Shown here: positions 22,859 to 34,893 of the stretch, in pieces
Numbering within the stretch: the stretch's first letter is position 1
Layout: every line of letters starts with the position of its first letter
Assembly (NCBI GenBank): GCA_051599415.1
Contig: AP039697.1
Location: 372,001-436,000, forward strand
From: Savitreella phatthalungensis
Taxonomy: Eukaryota
Length of the DNA: 64,000 nucleotides
Reading direction: 5' to 3'
The notes under the pieces: model-generated
Seen by the model: only the letters and a program-made list of their open reading frames with translations
Told to the model about the DNA's origin: nothing
Databases searched by the model: none
Position numbers and translations under genes: made by a program

Positions 22859-25800
22859 ATGTCTGGCTTTACGTTTGGTGCTCCTAGAGTCACTCCAGGC
22901 GGAAGAGATGCAGCTTCATCTAACGCCATCAGTGGGCTGACTGTCCAAGCACAACATCCGCGACTGAATGTGATACTCAAAGGCTTACAGAAGCGCGATC
23001 CACAGACGAAAGCTCGGTCGATTGATGAGTTGTCCAGATTCGTGGAAGAAGGTGACATAAAACACGACGCAGCGACTCAGCACGAGGTGCTCCAATGCTT
23101 CTTACAGCTACTCCCAGCACTAGTCGTCGAGGACGAACGGCGGATACGACAGAATAGCTACAATTTAATCGGTCAGCTGATCACACTTATGGGCAAGCGA
23201 TCTGCTTTTGCGATGCGCGATATAGCTCCAGTCTGGGCTACAGGTGCACATGACCTCGACAGAGTTGTCGCTCGAACCGCAAAGGAAACATTCGACAAGT
23301 GCTTCACCTCGACAGAGAAGCGGTCAAAATTCTTCGAGGCCTTCCGCGAACACATCGTCCAGACAGCTCGGACGAACGCCTTTCACCGTCCATCAGAGTC
23401 ACTATCTGATCCACGGTTCGTTAAGCAGGAAGAGACGCGTTTTCGGTTCGCGAACTTGGTCTGCTCTTCGATGCATTTGCTCGCAGATCTATTGGATGAG
23501 AAGATGGCTGCAGAAGTACTCGATGAACAGCAGCTATGGTCGCATACCATCGCTGACGATACATCTATCGTCTCAAGCAGTATACGCCTCGTCTCGTCAG
23601 CATTCGATTGTATCCCTGAATTGCTAGATAAACACCTCGAGCAAGTCACAAAGACACTAGCCAAGATCATCGGTCGTGCTGATGTCACAATAGTCGATGC
23701 AATCAGCTTACTGCCTCTTCTCTCTCGTCAGAGAGCTGAGTGCTTTGACGATATGACCCGCAAGTCGCTCAGTAGCCGTCTGGTCAAATTTCTCGAGCAG
23801 GGAAATCTCATTCATATGACTGCGACGAGTTGGACGCTCCTCGCTGAGACCGCCACGCACGTGGAGCTACTGCAGGTGCCATTCTACCAGGCTGTTCAAC
23901 GAGTGAAGGGTCCTACTCAGCGAGATGCTCAACTCATCGCGATCAAGCTCTATGCTCAGGCGCGGAGCACGTCAGGAGTGGACGAGCAGATCGCTGTGTT
24001 GTTCAGAGGAATTTTGCAGCAGAAAACACCTCTACCAGTCACAAAGCTGTATCTTGAGAGTCTCCTGGGCACCAAAGCTTCAGAAGAAGATCGCTGCAAG
24101 TTTGCGACGATAGCGGTCGAAGAACTAACTGAGCATCTTAGGCAGCCTCAATCTCGGCTGCCGCCGGACTCCTTCGTTCTCATCACCCAGTCAGCGCTTC
24201 CACATGTCGATGCGGAGACCCGAGCATCATTTCTTCGTGAGGCAGGCGAGCAGACAGCCTCGCTTCCTTTGCAGCTGGCATTGGCCAAGACCTCATCACT
24301 TGACGATATTTGTAAATCCTCGCTAGCGGAAAGTCTCCGTACGCGGCTGGAGAAACTCTTCGCAGACGGCACAGATGATCGCGCTCTGAGTAGCTTGATC
24401 ACTTCACTCTACAGCGCATCCGATAAATCGCGATTGACCGCATTACTCCGCAAAATAGAGTTTAAAAACCCGGAGCAGGCGTTGCTGATTCTGAAGGGTT
24501 TGCCACACGGTTGGGAGGAGGATTCCATTGCCACTGCGGGTCTAGCGTTGTCCTCTCCAGAGGTCGCATTGGTCCTGCTGGCACATGCCAAGTTGCGAGA
24601 TGACCAACTCGCCACAGCCATCGATAGTCTGCCCGACTCAGCTGACCCATCTATCATACTGGCCAGCTTCACAAGCAGCCCGTGTCAACTGCAGATCAGG
24701 CGGGTTGCTACAGACGAAAGTCACAAGCTTTCTCATCAGTTAGCACGAGCCATACTTGTCAGTGTCGGTGCCGAACAGGTTCGATGGCTGCAACAGTGGA
24801 AAGATGAGGACATTGGAAGCTTTGAAAAGCTTCAAAGACAGGTCTGTCGTCTAATTGAGGATGACACTATCTCGTTCTCCATCATCAGAGATTCGCGTCT
24901 GAAGCTTGCTTCCATGCTAGAGCCCGGACTAGCAAGTCTGGGAACGGACGTTCCGTGGCTACCTCAGAACGAGGCTGCATGGCTCTTCAGCGCATTAGCT
25001 CCCTTTCAGGTTCAAGTATCGGAACGGCCTTTCGACGAGTCAATTATCGCTTGCCGTCTCAGACGAGCCGCGTATTTTGGCGACTCACTCCTCATCTCTG
25101 ACGAAAGGCGTTGGGAAGTATTGCAGGCGAAAGTGCTACTTCAAGTGGCGGAATACTTCTCGCTCCCGATCATCCGCGATATCGACACAGATGACACCGA
25201 ACGTATCGACAACTCAGCGGAGACTGCAGCTAGCTCATTGATGGACGATGCAGAGAAGCTCAGGGACGCCATCGCAAGATTGCAGGAGATCACAGCCGTG
25301 CAACTCCTCGATGCGCATGTTGTCTATGGGCTGCTGTCACAGAGTTCCGATATCGCCGACAGGCTCGAATCTTTATGTACAGATATTGACCCTCTTAAGA
25401 CGACCCCACTCGGCGGCGCCGTTCTCTGCCTCGTCCTGCCTCCAGGCTCAGCTTGGTCGAGCAAATGGCGCAGTCGCATTGCATCAACGCTCGACCGAAG
25501 CTTGTCGCCCCAAACACTTCCACTGATGGATCTACTGATGCCCGATTTTCCGGAAGATGCACTGAACATGCAAGTACAGCGTGTCACCTTGCTCTCGAAG
25601 GACCTTGCCAAGCTTACGAAGACTCCATCGCTAAGCGCTCCTGATACTTTCCACCTGCTCCGAATCTGGCTGAAGCTGGTTCAGCGACTACAGCAGCAAA
25701 ACGGCAGTTTCTGGTCAGCTGTCATCGACTGGACAGCAGAGCTATTGTCGTCCTTGACGAGTACACCGGACTCGCTCGCCAGACGTCTCGTGCTTTTCAA

Positions 25801-27115
25801 GCTCTTGGCCTGGTTAAACAGACATGCAGGTCGGAACGACGACCTGTCAGAGCTATGGGAGGAGCGCCGTGGAGAGCTCCAACTATCCACGATGCGTCTC
25901 TTCCTGTTGGGCATGGAAACGACAATCATCGGCGACGTTGCCTACGAGCAACTGGCTCATGCAGCCATCCAGGCTCTTGACGGCCTCGACGGTGCTGATC
26001 TGCGCAACACTGATCAAGACATTCTGCTCGTATGTCAGTCATTCTTCACAGGCGGCAAAGATGTCCAGACGCTGGCGTACAAATTACTGTTACCTATTGT
26101 GCAGGCGCACAGACAGAACTTGGTGATCGAGACTGCCCTAACACCTGACTTTGGAGACCTGGAGGTGGACTTGCTGCCGGAGCTGAAGTCGCTGTTGCTC
26201 GAGGCCCCTACGAGTCTCGAAAGCTCTTCATCGGAACTCGATGCTGACCTGCGTGGCTACCTGTACGCCTGGGACCTCGCGATGGAGTACTACAGCGGCA
26301 GTCACTCACGACTCAAGGGCGCACTGACGGACTCATTGCTGGCGTGCGACAAAGTTCATGACCTGCTCGGCGTCGTCATGCTTCTCCTACTCGACGGAAC
26401 GACAAAGCGGAAGGCCGTTCTCGAGAATCTCGATTTTGCATCGCTGCGACCAATCGAAGTCGATTTGGAGAACGAATCTCTCTATCTCCCAGCGCGACTG
26501 TACTACCTATGCCTGCTGAACATGCCCGCGGCGACACGATCGTGGTCCATGTCCTTACGCGATCGCCAGTTGAGTGCTCAGATCGAGTCGCTGACAAGCA
26601 AGTTCTTCGCCGGCAGCGTGATTGAGGCTGTCGTGGCGCCCGTCAAAGAGCCAGTGAACGTGAAAGCACTTTCGTCGGAAGACATCGAGGTGAGGCTACT
26701 GGATGGAGGACGGGAGATCATCACGTCATACGAGCTCGATGACCAGAAACTTGAGATGGCCATCCGACTTCCAAGCACTTATCCGTTACGCAACATCGCT
26801 GTCGAGGGCTTGAAGCGTGTGGGAGTCAAGGACAACCAGTGGCGGGCGTGGATACTAGCCTCCCAGGCTGTCCTGACTGCCCAAGGAGGTTCCGTCCTGG
26901 AGGCCATCAGACTCTTCCAACAGAACGCCAAGCTCCACTTCGAGCACGTACAGGAATGCTCCATCTGCTTCTCCATCCTCTCGCCAGAGAACCAGACGCC
27001 CTCGAAGCAGTGCGCGACCTGCAAGAATCTATTCCACGGGAGCTGTCTGTTCAAGTGGTTCAAGTCATCCTCCCAATCGAAGTGCCCGCTCTGCAGAACC
27101 TCTTTTGCATTCTAG
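22859..27115 (+). CDS. RKR1: Listerin E3 ubiquitin ligase (Ltn1/Rkr1)
   Basis: N-terminal LQKRDPQTKARSIDEL, helical repeats, RWD-like LEMAIRLPSTYPL, C-terminal RING CSICFS..CATCKNLFHGSCLFKWFKSS..CPLCR. Confidence 0.95.
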   Translation: MSGFTFGAPRVTPGGRDAASSNAISGLTVQAQHPRLNVILKGLQKRDPQTKARSIDELSRFVEEGDIKHDAATQHEVLQCFLQLLPALVVEDERRIRQNSYNLIGQLITLMGKRSAFAMRDIAPVWATGAHDLDRVVARTAKETFDKCFTSTEKRSKFFEAFREHIVQTARTNAFHRPSESLSDPRFVKQEETRFRFANLVCSSMHLLADLLDEKMAAEVLDEQQLWSHTIADDTSIVSSSIRLVSSAFDCIPELLDKHLEQVTKTLAKIIGRADVTIVDAISLLPLLSRQRAECFDDMTRKSLSSRLVKFLEQGNLIHMTATSWTLLAETATHVELLQVPFYQAVQRVKGPTQRDAQLIAIKLYAQARSTSGVDEQIAVLFRGILQQKTPLPVTKLYLESLLGTKASEEDRCKFATIAVEELTEHLRQPQSRLPPDSFVLITQSALPHVDAETRASFLREAGEQTASLPLQLALAKTSSLDDICKSSLAESLRTRLEKLFADGTDDRALSSLITSLYSASDKSRLTALLRKIEFKNPEQALLILKGLPHGWEEDSIATAGLALSSPEVALVLLAHAKLRDDQLATAIDSLPDSADPSIILASFTSSPCQLQIRRVATDESHKLSHQLARAILVSVGAEQVRWLQQWKDEDIGSFEKLQRQVCRLIEDDTISFSIIRDSRLKLASMLEPGLASLGTDVPWLPQNEAAWLFSALAPFQVQVSERPFDESIIACRLRRAAYFGDSLLISDERRWEVLQAKVLLQVAEYFSLPIIRDIDTDDTERIDNSAETAASSLMDDAEKLRDAIARLQEITAVQLLDAHVVYGLLSQSSDIADRLESLCTDIDPLKTTPLGGAVLCLVLPPGSAWSSKWRSRIASTLDRSLSPQTLPLMDLLMPDFPEDALNMQVQRVTLLSKDLAKLTKTPSLSAPDTFHLLRIWLKLVQRLQQQNGSFWSAVIDWTAELLSSLTSTPDSLARRLVLFKLLAWLNRHAGRNDDLSELWEERRGELQLSTMRLFLLGMETTIIGDVAYEQLAHAAIQALDGLDGADLRNTDQDILLVCQSFFTGGKDVQTLAYKLLLPIVQAHRQNLVIETALTPDFGDLEVDLLPELKSLLLEAPTSLESSSSELDADLRGYLYAWDLAMEYYSGSHSRLKGALTDSLLACDKVHDLLGVVMLLLLDGTTKRKAVLENLDFASLRPIEVDLENESLYLPARLYYLCLLNMPAATRSWSMSLRDRQLSAQIESLTSKFFAGSVIEAVVAPVKEPVNVKALSSEDIEVRLLDGGREIITSYELDDQKLEMAIRLPSTYPLRNIAVEGLKRVGVKDNQWRAWILASQAVLTAQGGSVLEAIRLFQQNAKLHFEHVQECSICFSILSPENQTPSKQCATCKNLFHGSCLFKWFKSSSQSKCPLCRTSFAF

Positions 27116-27475
27116 ACATTATCTGAAGATATCTATGTAACAATCATCATGCATATACTACCGAAGAGTGACAGCTCGTTCAGAGCGTCTGTCGCCGACG
27201 GAGGCCTAACTATGTGAGAAGATCTGCTTCAGCGGGTGAAGCCTGGTCAGGATGAGCTGGGTGAGCGCCTCAATTGATCCTGCGCCACATTCTGGGAGGA
27301 GCACCACATGAATCTCGCACTTTCGTATGCAGCTCCAGTAAATCTCAGCCAATGCATTTGTCAAATGAGCTGCAGGTGAGACGTCATTGTGCAGTGGCGA
27401 GTCATTACCCCGGATCGACACGGGCGTACATAAGGAAGAAAGTCCACCTTTGGAGTGAAGGTAAAACAAGACGAC

Positions 27476-27803
27476 ATGGGTGTTGGTGAGAAGATCAAGA
27501 ACGCTTTCAAATTCCCCGAGGAGCAGGACCCACAGACCTCTCAGCCAGGCAGCGCCACACAGACTCTACCGGCAGACGGATCCAACACGCACACGTCGAT
27601 GTTTGTGCAGCACGGAGACCCATCGATGGGTAAGCGATGCGGCGATAGCCAATGCCACGGGAACACAGACACTAACATTCATTTTTTGCATCACAGGAGG
27701 AAAGGCGAATCGCGCAACTGACGGAATCAATGCGACGGCACCACCAGCAGCAGGTAGACCAGACCCGAGTCTAGGCAATAAGGGGACAATGGCAGACACC
27801 TAG
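27476..27803 (+). CDS. Small hydrophilic protein (86 aa); intron 27630-27696
   Basis: ATG, GTAAGC donor, ACTAAC branch point, T-tract and CAG acceptor give MGVGEKIKNAFKFPEEQDPQ..GRPDPSLGNKGTMADT*. Confidence 0.7.
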
Positions 27804-28122
27804 ATCGAGCCGCCGAACGAGCAAATGAGATGAGAATACTTGAAATCTTCCATCGGTTATTCCTATGCATGATCGTGCGCTCGCAAGCGTCCAAATCTTA
27901 AGTCGTTGAATCTGAGTTGGCAAGTCAGATGATCAGGCGAGAATGCACGTTGTGTATGAGAACTGAATGCAACCGATCGTGCTATCGTTCATGTACATTT
28001 TCCTCTATCTTTGCGGGCTGTGCAGGGATTACGTGACAGAGACAGACCATGTGTGCGAATCTCCCAAATCGAGCCGTTATGCAGTATACGGGATTAAACC
28101 TAATCTCAAACTTTATCGTATC

Positions 28123-28149
28123 TCTCAATCTCAATCTCAATCTCAATCT
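28123..28149. repeat. (TCTCAA)n microsatellite
   Basis: About 4.5 tandem copies. Confidence 0.85.
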
Positions 28150-29561
28150 TGGAACCGACGGAAAGGTGCATGTCACACGAGGATGGAAGACTCTGGACGG
28201 ATATTGCGAAACTCGGTAAAGTCGACCGAAGATGGCGAAGTAGAATGCGAGACTTGACCTGACTTGACATGAAATTAGACTGGACTAGATTGAGATGTTC
28301 AGACGGGATGGTCACACAGCCACTGAAGTATATCCTTCTACGTGGTCATTTCAATTGAATTTCACCTTGTGGCCAGAGCTTGACGTGCTTTCCATCCTCT
28401 CGCACCTCGGATTTTCGGATCCCGGGTTCTTGGGTTCTATGTTTTGGTTCGTATACCAGCCAACGTATGGGTGCGTACAAGTTAAAATTGTCTGAATATT
28501 CAATTTACATCTGATGTCAATAATCCTTGTACCATCTGTTTTGCTTATGATGCATGAGAATTCATTGATTAGACTGATATAGACTGAATAAAGTCAATTT
28601 AGTACACGTGCGCCGAATTAAGATTACTTTGCCTTCAGGCACGATTACCTTGTGAATCTGACGGGAGTAGAAACTATTTTTGTCCGTGTCTCGGTTAAAT
28701 TCCAGTGAGCGGATTAAACGGAAATTTGATTTTCACGTTTCACCTAGATTTGATTACGTCGAAGGTAAATTACATCCAACGCCACACCCGAGAGAGTTCT
28801 GGGCGGGCAAAGAATAGGAAAAGTAAACATTCCAATTATGCAGAGAGTTCAACCTATACTAGATATCCTCACCAACATAACAACATTCACCCAACACCAT
28901 TCAGAGGTATACAACTATCGCAGACTGAAGATCGATATCGAGTATCTGGTATTTGAAGTCCAACCGTCCTGAGTTTGCACTGTTGTGAAGATATGATTCA
29001 GAGTTTCCATGTTGTTGTCGATTGAATACACAACATATTTGAATCTGAGAAAGGCCGTTGTCAGTCTGGCTATCAACCATTGAGTGAGGAATGCTGGAAC
29101 TCTTCATCCTTGACTCCCAGCTTAGAGATTAACCTAAGAGGTGATTGGGATGCTCCAGTGCTGGTGATCAAGTCAATCAACTACTCCAGGCAGTCAATTC
29201 AAATATCTTCGGAACGTAATCTACTTTTACTTAGATCCTCCGAACGGCGTCATCTGGAATGAGTCAACACAACTCTTCGAGGGTCCGTCAGTCTCACGAC
29301 ACCGACGATCTCAATAGGTCATTGGCATGTAGACTAAACACCCTCCAACCCAACTGAAGATGCAATTTCCGAGCAAAAGTAAAGTAAAGTAAACTAAAGT
29401 AGTCAAGCCCTTCACAACATCTCGGCTTCATACCCATGTTTACGGCTGATCAACAAGAGTCAAGTCAAGCATCATTCAAATCTACAATGTATCTTGCCTG
29501 TAAGAGATTGCTCATCCGAGCCATCTGAGTCGTCCGCTCGATCGTTCATTCAAGCAACTTG

Positions 29562-29596
29562 CTCACTCACTCACTGACTCACTCACTCACTCACTC
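29562..29596. repeat. (CTCA)n microsatellite near the likely 5' end of the SUN transcript
   Basis: About 8 copies with one mismatch. Confidence 0.85.
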
Positions 29597-30066
29597 GCTC
29601 GCCCAATCTGTCATTGAGTGTCTGACTGTCATCTCCATCACTCTCTCGCACTCGCACACCCGGGTCAGTGTCAGCTTCGACGCATAGACACACACACCTC
29701 TCCAGATCCTGTACGCCGTGTCTTGCCTGCTCTCAGCCTGTCCGAACCAGCTTCCGTCGGCTTCCTCCCGTCGTGCGACCGGCAGCGAGGAAAGAAAAAG
29801 GACAGACTGTCCAGTTCGTCCAACCTTATATTCCGCCAACATCCACACAGGACGCTCTTTTGACCTCGACACCTCAACGGCAGACGACTACACTACGCCG
29901 ACACTCTCTTTCTTGTCTATGTGCACGGACCGCTAGACGATTTCCATCCACACTCTCTCTACAAAAATCACCTTCTCTTGAACGCACGCACCTCCTTGCG
30001 CGACACTCTCTTGGAACCGACCTCCTCACCTTCTTTTCTTGACCTAAGTACTTGTCTATTAAAGCC

Positions 30067-31659
30067 ATGCACTCGACAACAATCCTCTCTATGCTGGCCC
30101 TCGCCGCCGCACACCCTCACGGGCACTCACACTCACACCACCACCACCCTCGTCTCAACCGGGTCGTCCCAAAATTGCCACTTCTCGACCTTGATCAGCA
30201 GGAGGCAAATTCGACCACACACGATGCAACCCTCCTCATTCAGCAAGACCTCGAGCAGCAGCACCACCAGCTCGAGAAGCGTGGAGGCCAGTGTGCATTC
30301 CCATATGGCTCCGGCATGGTGGCGGTCACACCCGGTGCGGCTAACGCCGGCTGGGCCATGTCTCCTGACCAGCCTTGCACACCCGGCATGTACTGCCCAT
30401 ACGCTTGCGCTCCTGGATTGCTTATGGGCCAGTGGGATCCTTCCGCCACCACCTACAGCTACCCACAGTCGATGAACGGCGGACTCAAGTGCAACGCCGA
30501 CGGATCCATCAGCAAGCCCTTCCCAAACAAGCCTTATTGCTATCCTGGCACTGGCACCATTAGCGCCCGAAACGCAGCCTCCGGCAACGTTGCATTCTGC
30601 CAGACCGTCCTCCCCGGAAACGAGGCCATGTTGATCCCCACCAACGTCAACCCTGGCACCGTTACTGGCCTTGCCGTTCCTGACATGAGCTACTGGGCTT
30701 CAACTGCAGCACACTACTACATCAACCCGCCCGGCGTCTCGACGGCCGAGGCTTGTGTCTGGGGCTCCGTCAACCGGAACATCGGCAACTGGTCACCTTA
30801 CGTCGCCGGCGCCAACATGGACGGCAACGGCAATACCTTCGTCAAGGTCGGATGGAACCCGATCTACTTCGAGTCTGAGCCATGGAGGTCTACGAGCCCG
30901 AGCTTCGCAGTGTCGATCGAGTGCACCGGTGGCGGCTGCAACGGCATTCCCTGCCGATGTGACCCGACCATTGACGGTCTGAACAAGTGCAGCGGCGGCA
31001 GCGATGGCGCCGGTGGCGCCGCCTTCTGCGTCGTCACTGTCCCTCCGGGCTCGTCTGCAAACGTGGTTGTCTACGACACCGCGACGGGCGCTGGCAATGC
31101 CAACTCCGCTGTCAAGGCGGCCGCTGTCATCAACGCTGCCGTCCCTGTCTCTTCTTCCACCACTTCGACCACGCCGACACCAACGCCCACCACGACCTCC
31201 ACCACGCCTACTCCAACCACAACGTCGACTCCCACTACGACCTCGACACCTCCGGCTCCCACATCCACCAAGCCAGCATCGTCTTCGGCGTCAGCATCTC
31301 CATCCGTCGTTGCCGTCATCGCTGCAGCGCCCGCGCTCAACAGCACCCTTCCAGTCTCATCTTCGATCCCTTCGACCTTCTCCAACATCAGTGCGAGCGC
31401 CTTCAACCTGACGGCGTTTGTTGCCAATGACACCACCGCGACCTCGTCCATCGGCGCCATTGTCACTCTCCGTGGCGGTGCCGGCATGGACAACCTCGGC
31501 CAGGGAGCGTCGGCAACAGCAGTGACCGACGCAGGCGCGGCCTCGACCGGCAAGTCAAAGCACAACGCCGCCGGCGCTCTCCGCACCCAGAGCAAGTCTG
31601 TCCTCTTTGGCTTCACCTTCATCGTCGCCTCACTCGTCACGGGCCTCACCATCGCCTAA
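30067..31659 (+). CDS. adg3: SUN-family (GH132) cell-wall glucanase, Adg3-like, with S/T stalk and probable GPI/TM anchor
   Basis: Signal peptide, His-rich tract, Kex2 site EKR, CTPGMYCPYACAPG, FCQTVLPGNEAMLIPT, AHYYINPPG, GNWSPYVAGAN, T/P/S-rich region, hydrophobic C-terminus. Confidence 0.88.
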   Translation: MHSTTILSMLALAAAHPHGHSHSHHHHPRLNRVVPKLPLLDLDQQEANSTTHDATLLIQQDLEQQHHQLEKRGGQCAFPYGSGMVAVTPGAANAGWAMSPDQPCTPGMYCPYACAPGLLMGQWDPSATTYSYPQSMNGGLKCNADGSISKPFPNKPYCYPGTGTISARNAASGNVAFCQTVLPGNEAMLIPTNVNPGTVTGLAVPDMSYWASTAAHYYINPPGVSTAEACVWGSVNRNIGNWSPYVAGANMDGNGNTFVKVGWNPIYFESEPWRSTSPSFAVSIECTGGGCNGIPCRCDPTIDGLNKCSGGSDGAGGAAFCVVTVPPGSSANVVVYDTATGAGNANSAVKAAAVINAAVPVSSSTTSTTPTPTPTTTSTTPTPTTTSTPTTTSTPPAPTSTKPASSSASASPSVVAVIAAAPALNSTLPVSSSIPSTFSNISASAFNLTAFVANDTTATSSIGAIVTLRGGAGMDNLGQGASATAVTDAGAASTGKSKHNAAGALRTQSKSVLFGFTFIVASLVTGLTIA

Positions 31660-31840
31660 TAACACCGTCCCCCAAAACACACACACATACTGCAACGATC
31701 GATTGATGAGATGAGAACGCTTAATGACGGCCGCCCGAGTCCGCTCGCTCTGCCATTCGCAATGTACATACGAAAAAGCCATCCAGAGACACATATTTTA
31801 TTGTATACCGTATACCTTGATCTTTATAAATCATCGTCAA

Positions 31841-32566
31841 CTACTTGGTGGCCTCGATTGCCTCGATGACAAGTTTACCTGTCTTTGCAGCCGATGCTGG
31901 GTTCTGTCCGGTGACGAGCTGACCATCTCGGACTGCGAACTCTCCCCATGGCTTAGTGGACTGGAACTCTCCACCGTTCTGCTTGATCCTGTCTTCTGCA
32001 GAGAAGGGCACGAGGTGAGTCATCTTGACCTGCTCCTCCTCCTCGTTCGTAAACGTCGTCGCCTTCCTACCCTTGAAAATCGACTGACCCTCCAAATCCT
32101 TCACATTCACAAGCGCCGCGGGACCATGGCAAACAGCACTCACTGGCTTACCAGCAGCCCAGAACTTCTCCAGCAACTCGACCAAGTTCGGGTCTGTCGG
32201 AAGATCGAGGTTCGCGCCATGGCCACCGACCACGAACGCTGCCTTGTAGTTGGTGTGCTGGATCTCGATCAGCGGTGTGGTCTTCTTTGTGAGACCAAAG
32301 TGTTCCTGGTTGTTGTAGAACTTGGCGACGACGTCGTCCTTGATGAACGGCTCGATCGACGACGGGTCTAGTGGTGCCTCACCACCCTTCGGACTCGCAA
32401 AGTCGACCTCGTACCCGGCATCCACAAACTCAAAGTACGGGTGCGCAGCCTCAGGCAAGTACCATCCAGTAGGCTTACCGTCAGAGAACGTATTCGCAGA
32501 TGACAGGATCATCAGCACCTTGCCCTTCCCGAGCACCGTGTTCACTGCAGACTTGACAGACTCCAT
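31841..32566 (-). CDS. HSP31: DJ-1/PfpI family glyoxalase III (Hsp31-like)
   Basis: TGWYLPEAAHPY, SPKGGEAPLDPSS, GGHG, AVCHGPA, LVTGQNPASA. Confidence 0.92.
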   Translation of the reverse strand: MESVKSAVNTVLGKGKVLMILSSANTFSDGKPTGWYLPEAAHPYFEFVDAGYEVDFASPKGGEAPLDPSSIEPFIKDDVVAKFYNNQEHFGLTKKTTPLIEIQHTNYKAAFVVGGHGANLDLPTDPNLVELLEKFWAAGKPVSAVCHGPAALVNVKDLEGQSIFKGRKATTFTNEEEEQVKMTHLVPFSAEDRIKQNGGEFQSTKPWGEFAVRDGQLVTGQNPASAAKTGKLVIEAIEATK

Positions 32567-32909
32567 GGTTGATTGATTGATTAAGTTGTGAACTGAAATT
32601 GATTTAGATATCCGTTCAATCCGGCTGTGGAGGATAGGGAGTGTATAAGTAACCTGTTGGGTTTGTGGAGAGAGAAGGCTATGGAATGTCGGCGCAGTGG
32701 AGGGGTCTTGCTTGGCCAGACAAACGCCTCAGTGACGCAAGTCCAGCAAATCAGCTGTGGAATGAGATTAAACTGTAAATAAATGATCGTCCATATATCT
32801 CCAAATTTAGTATTCTCTTCTGATGCACGTGAATGCACCACGAAGTGTGCAAGACCACCGTACGAGTGCAGATACGACCGCAGTCACTATTGACTGATGC
32901 AGAGGCAAT

Positions 32910-34072
32910 CTACGGGTCTAGTTTTGCCATTTCCAATTCCTGCTGCCATCGATCGCCGTGGAATTTCCCTGGTCCTTTCCACCTTGTGTGAGCGAGGAGA
33001 CTGAGGCCCGTCCAGCAGAGGTCGGGCCCGAGTCTGTGAAGGATGATGCGAGCTTGGGTGTCGTGCCTGATGCGGTGCATGAGTCCTGGCAGATCATAGG
33101 CTGATCCTGTGATGGCGAGTCTCGAGAGGTCAGAACGAGTGTCGATCGGTACATTCGCCAGCACGTCACAGACGACCTTGTGAATCGCACGATCGCGAGA
33201 CTCCGCATACGGGCTATCGACCTCGAAAAGTGACTCGCCGATGACCTCACCAACATGCGCATCGACATCGATACGCGTTCCCGACGCCAGTGTGAATGTG
33301 GTGGCGCGTGTGCCCGTGCCCCGAGGATGTGTATGCGTGTACGCGTCCGGATGGAAGCCTGGGTCTGGATCCTGCTCGGACACGCGCGCTATCCGGGCTG
33401 GTGCACATGTGCAGTGTTGGCTCATGAACCTGTCGAGATCGGGGCCTGTGGGTGTTTCGGCTGCGCGGTCGGCAATGTACGCTGCGGCGCGTTCGCGAGC
33501 ACTCCATAGACCGACGCGAGTGTACTGCGCCTCCATCCTCAGGCACCGCCGGTCGTACACGGGCACAACCCACGTCCCGCATCGTCCAATCTCGACCACC
33601 GTCCCACTCTCCATCCCGAGCGCAACCACACCACACAACGCCGATGGCAGCATCACACACTCCCGAGCCTGCAGCGTACCCATCAGGCACTCGCACATCG
33701 CTCGGCGGAGATCAATCGATGCGTCGAGTGGGAGGCCGACAAAGACGCGCTCTCCGGTTAGATCGCGTAGGATGTCTCTGATTGTGCTGGTCAGTCGTTG
33801 TGGTCGGATTTGGAGGAGTGAGGGGGAGGAACACACCGTTTGAGAAGCTTGCGCAGTCGGAGCTGAAGCTGTGAGAGCGTCTCGCTTTCACCTGTCGCAG
33901 ACGGCCATGGTCCATCTACACTCGACCGAGGTCGAGACTCACCACTGTAGCCCACAGTCAGCCGGCCGTCAGACGCGACATCGATGGCCACAGACGAAGT
34001 CCCACGCAACCGCGGCAGAGAAGCTAATCGCTCAGCTAGCTCCGCGTCAGACTTCCGCGATCCTGCTGCCAT
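32910..34072 (-). CDS. ARP10: Divergent actin-related protein, Arp10/Arp11 (dynactin)-like (370 aa); intron 33787-33836
   Basis: VAIDV..LTVGYSGESRPR, GTVVEIG..TWVVPVYDRR, VPIDTRSDL..ITGS..LPGL..RI and CWTGLSL follow the actin-fold order. A GTGTGT..CTGACCAG intron joins two ORFs in frame. Confidence 0.75.
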
Positions 34073-34329
34073 CCATCCATGCAATCAAGATCTAGCGAGG
34101 ATGGCACAGTCGGTCGGAGATTGTTGATCTCTTTCCGATTGCTTAGAGAGTGTACGTGGTGTGGTGCGAGTATGTGCATTCAAATGACCGTAACTTACAT
34201 TACTCCACAACTTTTTTCGGAGGCGGGATGCATGGTGAGGGATACATGATCTAGGTGAATCAATACACAAGAATGCGTCACTCCAGGACAGGCACACATC
34301 AACAGGTAAACAGACGGCAGAGGTCTGGG

Positions 34330-34893
34330 ATGCCGCGGATAAAGACAAACCGCGCCAAGCGGCCGCCAGAGGGCTTTGCTGAGGTGGAACCTGTGCTGGA
34401 AATGTTTGCGCAGAAGATGAAGGACGGTAAGCATTCCAATACTCCAGGAAACGTTCTACTGACACTGATACACAGTCGAGCAGAGACCGCACGACAAGTC
34501 GTCCAAGACGAACGCGCTCGCTCCAATCTTCCAGGTCCACAACCAGCGCAGCAGGTACCTGTTTGACATGTACTACGATCGGCAGGTGATTTCGCGTGAG
34601 CTTTTCGACTGGTTGCTGAAGCAGGGATACGGGGACGCAAACTTGATTGCAAAGTGGAAGAAGCAAGGGTACGAGAAGCTGTGCTGCCTGAGATGCATCC
34701 AGAACAAGGAGACAAACTTCGAGACCACGTGTGTGTGCAGGGTCCCTCGAGCAAAACTAGCAGAGCAGGAAGGCGATGGCGACAAGATCAATCCATGCTA
34801 CAAGTAAGGCCTACTGCAAATTGAAGTCTGACGGAAAAAAAAGTACTGACACTGGATAGCTGCGGCTGCATGGGTTGTGCAAGCGGTGACTGA
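34330..34893 (+). CDS. BUD31: Bud31/Cwf14 (G10) splicing factor (152 aa); exons 34330-34426, 34476-34803, 34860-34893
   Basis: MPRIKT..PPEGF, QRSRYLFDMYY, LIAKWKKQGYEKLCCLRC, CVCRVP, CYNCGCMGCASGD. Confidence 0.96.

Noticed and set aside
28455..28461. Ace2-type site ACCAGCC upstream of the SUN gene
   Set aside because: A single occurrence 1.6 kb from the ATG, expected by chance.
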